Below, piece after piece: positions 26,197 to 30,719 of a stretch of DNA of 30,719 bases. A model generated the notes under the pieces. The model was not told the origin of the DNA and searched no databases. It saw only the letters and a list, made by a program, of their open reading frames with translations. The position numbers were made by a program, and so were the translations under genes. Numbering within the stretch: position 1 is the first letter of the stretch; each line of letters begins with the position of its first letter. Origin of the DNA: a virus (taxonomy: Duplodnaviria; Caudoviricetes); the IMG/VR virus record IMGVR_UViG_3300020044_001178, positions 1-30,719 of that record. One strand, given 5' to 3'.

Positions 26197-27467
26197 TAGC
26201 AGTAGCCGCCTTTTTTCATTGTGACGCGCTTAGCTTTGGTTTTGCCCTTGACAGCGATACCATCAATCGAGCCACCCTTAGCATAGCACTTGCCGCCACC
26301 GGCCTTCTTGACCATCGCACGACCTTTAGTGTCTGCCGACTTCTTCATCAGCGCAGCGCCGAACTTAGTTGCTGCAAATGGCTTACCCTTGGCTTTGCCG
26401 CCCTTTTTGTAGCCCGGACCTTCGGAACGGTTTGCGCTTGCAACTACCTTACCTTCTTCAGCGGAAGGCTTGAGTTTCTTGAGTTCATCCAGATGCTTCT
26501 TACTACGGGCACGGTCCGCAGCTGAAGGTTTTGGAGGTGTAGAACCACCCTTAGCATATTTCATAGTCTTTCCTTTTTCTTTAATTTTACCACCCTTGGC
26601 ATACATACCAGATGATGCGGCGTCTTTGTATCTGTCCTTGGCAACCTGGGTTGCACCGGGTGCTTCTGCGGCTTTCTTTAATGTAGCTAGTTTGGCCGCA
26701 CGCGCAGGATCATTAGCAATATCCTTGCCGAAACGAAAAAGAGGAGTACCACCGGGCTTACCGCGTAGTGCAGTACCGCCAGTTGTCGCTACAGTTTTAG
26801 CTGTAGTGGAAGCCGGAGCACCATTACGCCTTGCTTGCATGGCTTTTAAGTCTGCTTGAGCCCTGCTGTCTGTCTTAGTAAACGGCTCTTTCTTAGCTGC
26901 TGCGTCTATTGCCTTGCGTTGCTCAGGGCTAATTTTATAGTTTCTATTCAGCTTAGTAGGTTCCGAAGCTGCCGCAGTTGTACCGGTTCCTGTACCAGTT
27001 TCTGTACGGCTCGCACTTTTGCCTTCGCCAGCAATGTTTGTGGTGAAGCTCTTACCGTTATAGGTAAACGTCTTACCTGCACCTAGGCGCGAGCGCGCAT
27101 CTTTAAACGCTGCGCCGAAGCTCTGTGGCTTAGCCTTTGCCGGTTCTGATGCTTTGGCTGGTTCTGGCGTGCTAACTTTAGCAGGTTCCGCTGCGGCTGC
27201 GGGTTTATCCGCGCCAAACTTACGGGTTCTACTTAAACGCTGTTCTGCGTCATACTCTGCTTTGCGTGTAGCAGTGCGGTCTAGCCCCATACGCTTGGCG
27301 CGGTCATCTTCTGCGTCTGCTTTGCGCTGTGCGGCTTTCGCTTCAACTACATCTGCGTTTTTACCTTTGGCAAGAGCAATTTTGCGGTCTTTATCAATGT
27401 CCTTCATGCGGCGGTCGTAACGACCTTGTGCGCCACCTGCAGAAAACTTTTTCATTGCACGTGCCAT
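26196..27467 (-). CDS. Lys/Ala-rich protein with six phi-[AKS]-x-GG motifs
   Basis: 423 aa; contains an SFGAAFKDAR...KTFTYNGKSFTT module; FSAGG, YAKGG x3, YKKGG, MKKGG. Confidence 0.8.
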   Translation of the reverse strand: MARAMKKFSAGGAQGRYDRRMKDIDKDRKIALAKGKNADVVEAKAAQRKADAEDDRAKRMGLDRTATRKAEYDAEQRLSRTRKFGADKPAAAAEPAKVSTPEPAKASEPAKAKPQSFGAAFKDARSRLGAGKTFTYNGKSFTTNIAGEGKSASRTETGTGTGTTAAASEPTKLNRNYKISPEQRKAIDAAAKKEPFTKTDSRAQADLKAMQARRNGAPASTTAKTVATTGGTALRGKPGGTPLFRFGKDIANDPARAAKLATLKKAAEAPGATQVAKDRYKDAASSGMYAKGGKIKEKGKTMKYAKGGSTPPKPSAADRARSKKHLDELKKLKPSAEEGKVVASANRSEGPGYKKGGKAKGKPFAATKFGAALMKKSADTKGRAMVKKAGGGKCYAKGGSIDGIAVKGKTKAKRVTMKKGGYC

Positions 27468-27469
27468 AA

Positions 27470-27712
27470 CTATACCTTCCTCATCTCATCTACCTTGGCT
27501 TCAAGGCGCTCGAAGGCCCGATCAAACCGGTCCCCTAACTTATCAACTAGTGTGGTCATCTCCGAACGAGTTACATGCTCGCGGGCGATTTCTTCGCGGG
27601 TCTTATTGAGCAAAATACCGAGACGGTCCAGCTCGTCAATCTTGCCCTTAAACAAGAAGCCCATAACCGCTACCACTGCTGAAAGAAGAATATTCCATAT
27701 CATCATTTCCAT
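27470..27712 (-). CDS. single-TM plus coiled-coil small protein (possible holin-like or membrane accessory protein)
   Basis: ATG at 27710-27712 lies 1 nt after the upstream stop; MEMMIWNILLSAVVAVMGFLF hydrophobic N-terminus; heptad-patterned C-terminus. Confidence 0.7.
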   Translation of the reverse strand: MEMMIWNILLSAVVAVMGFLFKGKIDELDRLGILLNKTREEIAREHVTRSEMTTLVDKLGDRFDRAFERLEAKVDEMRKV

Positions 27713-27713
27713 G

Positions 27714-27968
27714 TCAGCACTTCCAAGCTCTGAGGCTTTTGTTGATACGGCTATTAGGGTCATTGGCGGTCTTCTTCGATGTGAGCTTCTTCTTCATACC
27801 CGACATCCGTGCGCAGAATGACTTCTTACGCGGACCACCTTCAGGCTGCGGTGCCTTGAGACCGGGCTTACCCGGGTTGGCTTTATTGTAGGACGCACGA
27901 CCCTTGGCGTTCAGCCCGCCAGACTTCGCTTTGCCTTCTTTGCGTGTCCAAGCAGGTGTCTTAGCCAT
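27714..27968 (-). CDS. basic protein, DUF6321-like
   Basis: GGLNAKGRASYN...RKKSFCARM.GMK...DPNSRINKSLRAWKC; family name from recall. Confidence 0.72.
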   Translation of the reverse strand: MAKTPAWTRKEGKAKSGGLNAKGRASYNKANPGKPGLKAPQPEGGPRKKSFCARMSGMKKKLTSKKTANDPNSRINKSLRAWKC

Positions 27969-28411
27969 TAGACCATCTTCCCTTTCGTCTTACCCTTGGT
28001 AGCGCAGCCATCGGCACGCTTAGAAGCAGCTGAACCACCAGCAGCCATCTTCTTGACCTTGCCGCCCTTTTTGAAAGGGAATGAAGCCGTAGCGCCTATT
28101 TTGCCGCCATCAAAAGGACTTGCGCCAAAACCTACGCTACCCTTACCTACAGGGATACCCTTAAGCCCATAGACCTTACCGACGGGAGTTGACATTTTAC
28201 CAATGCTTGCTTTGGGGGCACTGGGTTTAGAAGAGCCACCGCCACCGATGCGACCGCGACCGCCACCGCCACCGCCACCGCCACCGCCACCATCTATATG
28301 TGGAAGCTTGTATCCCCCTAGTCTATCTAGACCAGCTATACTCGGTCCGGAACGGCTACCGCTTACAACAATCTCGTCACCAGCAGCATATCGTTTTACC
28401 TTCTTGGCCAT
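27968..28411 (-). CDS. Gly-rich protein with TonB-box-like segment, beta-strand segment and shared 35-aa basic C-terminal tag
   Basis: 147 aa; TAATG overlaps at both ends. Confidence 0.78.
   Translation of the reverse strand: MAKKVKRYAAGDEIVVSGSRSGPSIAGLDRLGGYKLPHIDGGGGGGGGGGGRGRIGGGGSSKPSAPKASIGKMSTPVGKVYGLKGIPVGKGSVGFGASPFDGGKIGATASFPFKKGGKVKKMAAGGSAASKRADGCATKGKTKGKMV
28260..28291. repeat. (CCGCCA)5 microsatellite encoding poly-Gly
   Basis: Five exact hexamers; Gly11 run. Confidence 0.92.
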
Positions 28412-28815
28412 TACACGAACCGCCCTTTGGTTTTACCCTTGGTAGCGCAGCCGTCGGCGCGCTTGGAGGCAGTGGAGCCACCCTTGGCCATCTTCTTGAC
28501 CTTACCGCCCTTTTTGAACGCTTGGATGTTCTGCATTTTCGGCTTTGTACCCATATCAAGGGCACCCATACCTACAGGGCCTTCTTCAGCCACCATGATG
28601 TCTTCTACCATAGGGCGATTACCCATAGGGCGGTTGCCCATATTCGCACGTGCCCGCTCCGCCATTTCCGCCATCATTTTTGGGGGCATCATACGGGAAC
28701 GTGAAAAAATTCCGGACAAACCTTTAGGACGCTCACCAGCTTGTGCTGCCTCAAACTTTCTCATTGCCTTTGCATCAAGCTTGGCGCGTAATTTGGGTGG
28801 TAGTTTTCCAAACAT
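28411..28815 (-). CDS. Met/Lys-rich protein with the shared 35-aa basic C-terminal tag
   Basis: 134 aa; last 35 aa are 31/35 identical to those of 27968..28411; TAATG overlaps. Confidence 0.78.
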   Translation of the reverse strand: MFGKLPPKLRAKLDAKAMRKFEAAQAGERPKGLSGIFSRSRMMPPKMMAEMAERARANMGNRPMGNRPMVEDIMVAEEGPVGMGALDMGTKPKMQNIQAFKKGGKVKKMAKGGSTASKRADGCATKGKTKGRFV

Positions 28816-29552
28816 TATGCTGCTTCCTTCTGTGAGGGGGCAATCATCGGATAAAGAATATCTTCACCGTAGTTACCGATATACTCCTGTACGCCCATGT
28901 GGCCCAGTGTGATTGTGGGGTCTACCCACACTTCGAAGCCAAGTTCCCGTGCACGGTCGCAGAAGAGGAAATCTTCTCCGATATATCCTTCTTCGGTAAC
29001 AAGGAAATCAAACATAGCGTTTAGCATGCGGTCGGACCGCGTGTCGTAGTAGCTCCACTCTGGGTGGGCTGCTGACATCTGCTCAAACACTTCACGACGC
29101 ACGAGCATAAAGGCAGTCGCCACGCGCTTTGCACGGACTAGGCCCATCTGGTTCATGGTGAGTTGGTTGTTCTCGTCGTGGTCGAGAGTAGCGATGTAGT
29201 TTTTGGTTTCGCTGCGCGTACGGGGTACAGCAGCTACAATACCCTTCTTAGGGTCAGTGCCCCACGCCATAAGGCGGAACACATCTTCTGGTTCGAAGTT
29301 AATGTCCGAGTCGATGAACATTAAGTAGTCGCACTTAGACTCAAGCAGGTCTTGCGCCAGCAGGTTGCGCGCACGAGAAACAACCGAACACCCGCATATG
29401 CTGCCGATGTGGATTTCAACTCCGTGCTGCGCAGCCTGCTGAGCAAACCGTGCGAGAGAAACAGCTAGCTTCAAGGACACCTTGAAGTCGTACGCTGGGA
29501 GAGCGATGAAGACGCTCTTACCAGCTAAGTCGTAGCTTTGTTCCTGCTGCAT
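28815..29552 (-). CDS. GT-A fold (family 2-like) glycosyltransferase
   Basis: VFIALPAY, ARN, LMFIDSD (DxD), GEDFLFC, WVDP...LGHMG. Confidence 0.82.
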   Translation of the reverse strand: MQQEQSYDLAGKSVFIALPAYDFKVSLKLAVSLARFAQQAAQHGVEIHIGSICGCSVVSRARNLLAQDLLESKCDYLMFIDSDINFEPEDVFRLMAWGTDPKKGIVAAVPRTRSETKNYIATLDHDENNQLTMNQMGLVRAKRVATAFMLVRREVFEQMSAAHPEWSYYDTRSDRMLNAMFDFLVTEEGYIGEDFLFCDRARELGFEVWVDPTITLGHMGVQEYIGNYGEDILYPMIAPSQKEAA

Positions 29553-29555
29553 ATA

Positions 29556-30029
29556 TCACCCGTAAAAGACGGTGGCGTGGACGTTGGCGTCTACAAACGT
29601 TCGTATGCCATTCTCTGCCAAGATACCTTCGCCGGGAATAACAATGCTGTATGCCGTAGCGTTCTGTGAGTCAGCTTGGAGCAACACACGAGGCCACACA
29701 ACTGCGGCACCGCTAGTTCCACCGCTATTAGCTACAGTGACGGTGAACGTGTTGGCGTCTGTAACGGTGACCTGATACGGGTCATCCGTCAAGTCCCAGT
29801 CAATATAAGCCCACTGCCCAGTTGAAAGGCCGTGGTTAGCAGCCGTTATAGTTGCTGTGGTGGTAGTCCGTGCATATGTCCCAGTCACCGAAACATCGTC
29901 AACAAATGTTGAATAGCGTGTAGCAGTAACGAGGGGGAAGATAACCGCCCCCTTGAGACGTGTGCGATATCCTACCGACAGCCCACTAACCGAGGCGTGG
30001 ATAGATTTGACATCATATTGCATACCCAT
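29556..30029 (-). CDS. virion accessory protein with an inserted beta-sandwich (FCCH-like) module
   Basis: MQYDVKS...TRLKG N-terminus and IPGEGIL...TVFYG C-terminus flank TATITAANHGLSTGQ...YQVTVTDANTFTVT; AAGGAG SD. Confidence 0.7.
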   Translation of the reverse strand: MGMQYDVKSIHASVSGLSVGYRTRLKGAVIFPLVTATRYSTFVDDVSVTGTYARTTTTATITAANHGLSTGQWAYIDWDLTDDPYQVTVTDANTFTVTVANSGGTSGAAVVWPRVLLQADSQNATAYSIVIPGEGILAENGIRTFVDANVHATVFYG

Positions 30030-30060
30030 CAGTATTCTCCTTCTTAGAGGTTGTTACCGA

Positions 30061-30426
30061 TTACGATGCAGTAGTTACGGCAATCCAAGTGGTACCGCCA
30101 TCCGATACGTACAAGCGTGTCGAAGCAGACGAACCGTCGCTGCGCAGGTAGATCGAACCCTTAGCAGCGGCAACAGTCGGAGCGCCCGAACCGACATACA
30201 CGCCCATACCGCCAGCAGCGGTAGTTGCGAGGAACGCAGAAGCACCACCAGCGACAAGAGCCGAAGCGCTGTCAGCAGTGACGTTGCCGGTAGCGGCCAA
30301 AGAAGTAACCGAAGTAGCAGAACCGAAAGTACCAGTTACGGTTACAGTGCCGGTTGTGGCGTCGGTTGAAATTGTTTGGAAGCCGTTCTCAGAACGAACT
30401 GGACCATTAAATGTAGTATTAGCCAT
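30061..30426 (-). CDS. probable capsid decoration/head fibre protein
   Basis: MANTTFNGPVRSENGF start directly downstream of the capsid gene; GSGAPT...GSIYLR..G motif; AGGAG SD. Confidence 0.7.
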   Translation of the reverse strand: MANTTFNGPVRSENGFQTISTDATTGTVTVTGTFGSATSVTSLAATGNVTADSASALVAGGASAFLATTAAGGMGVYVGSGAPTVAAAKGSIYLRSDGSSASTRLYVSDGGTTWIAVTTAS

Positions 30427-30450
30427 GACTTATCTCCTGTGTAGTAGCAC

Positions 30451-30495
30451 TCGTACGTACCGTCTCTACTAAGTCCGCTGGGCCGGTCGGTACGA
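30451..30495 (-). ncRNA. structured element downstream of a gpT-like capsid gene; candidate Mu-gpT-DE RNA motif
   Basis: Minus strand CGTACCG-ACCGGCCCAGCGGACTTAGTAGAGA-CGGTACG: 7-bp outer stem and inner CCG/CGG stem; the context matches that described for the Mu-gpT-DE motif. Not checked against a covariance model. Confidence 0.55.
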
Positions 30496-30525
30496 ATAAT
30501 ATCCCTAGTGACGTAGATATAGCAC

Positions 30526-30563
30526 AAACAAAAAAGAAGGGAAGAGATTTCTCTCCTCCCTTC
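30526..30563 (-). terminator. Rho-independent terminator after the major capsid gene
   Basis: Minus strand GAAGGGAGGAGA-GAAA-TCTCTTCCCTTC-TTTTTTGTTT: 12-bp stem, GNRA loop, U-tract. Confidence 0.9.
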
Positions 30564-30600
30564 CCCCCGTTCCCTTGAGCTACGCTCTCGGGGAAACTTA

Positions 30601-30719
30601 TTAGGCTGCGCCTTCGCTGCCGTACATACCCAGAGGGTCTGACCAGCCGAACGAATAACGCTCACGAGCCTTGTAACGTACGTTACCAGTATCGAAGTCA
30701 CCGTCCATGCCCGTCGCCA
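30601..30719 (-). CDS. 3' end of major capsid protein, Mu gpT-like family (partial)
   Basis: Hand translation: ...ATGMDGDFDTGNVRYKARERYSFGWSDPLGMYGSEGAA*, followed by a second TAA and a terminator. Confidence 0.88.
   Translation of the reverse strand, partial: ATGMDGDFDTGNVRYKARERYSFGWSDPLGMYGSEGAA

Noticed and set aside
23030-28815. xxGG motif as a ubiquitin-like C-terminus or a bacteriocin double-glycine leader
   Set aside because: The motifs are internal rather than C-terminal, and no E1/E2, beta-grasp protein or C39 peptidase transporter is seen. FCCH-like modules alone do not imply ubiquitin chemistry.
30516-30544. Promoter directly after the capsid terminator
   Set aside because: A GCTATA -10-like element is present, but there is no convincing -35 at the proper spacing; not listed as a feature.
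30342-30701. 119-aa minus-strand ORF in the track
   Set aside because: Out of frame with the capsid C-terminus and runs through the terminator and RNA element.

Overview
Part of a tailed dsDNA phage genome of short-tailed (podovirus-like) design. No tape-measure gene, integrase, tRNA or CRISPR array is visible. From 30719 down to 467 a tightly coupled minus-strand virion operon runs as follows: 3' end of a Mu gpT-like major capsid gene, a terminator and structured downstream element, capsid accessory genes, a GT2-type glycosyltransferase, a block of basic or low-complexity small proteins, two adaptor-like genes, a CHAP/NlpC-P60 endolysin plus holin, tail and fibre genes, a nozzle/stabilisation gene and four probable ejection proteins (one with an M23 peptidase, one of 2185 aa with HExxH). 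A plus-strand replication-type region ends at 388. Main highlights: (1) a [MYFL]-[AKS]-x-G-G motif occurring about 20 times in 8 mostly unrelated probable internal-head proteins, suggesting a shared processing or packaging code; (2) one motif-bounded segment with a TonB-box-like start and a beta-signal-like end; (3) a candidate ~68-nt sRNA with two anti-Shine-Dalgarno loops at the convergence point; (4) a Q/G/P/M-rich prion-like protein. All family assignments come from motif recognition by eye, not from database searches.
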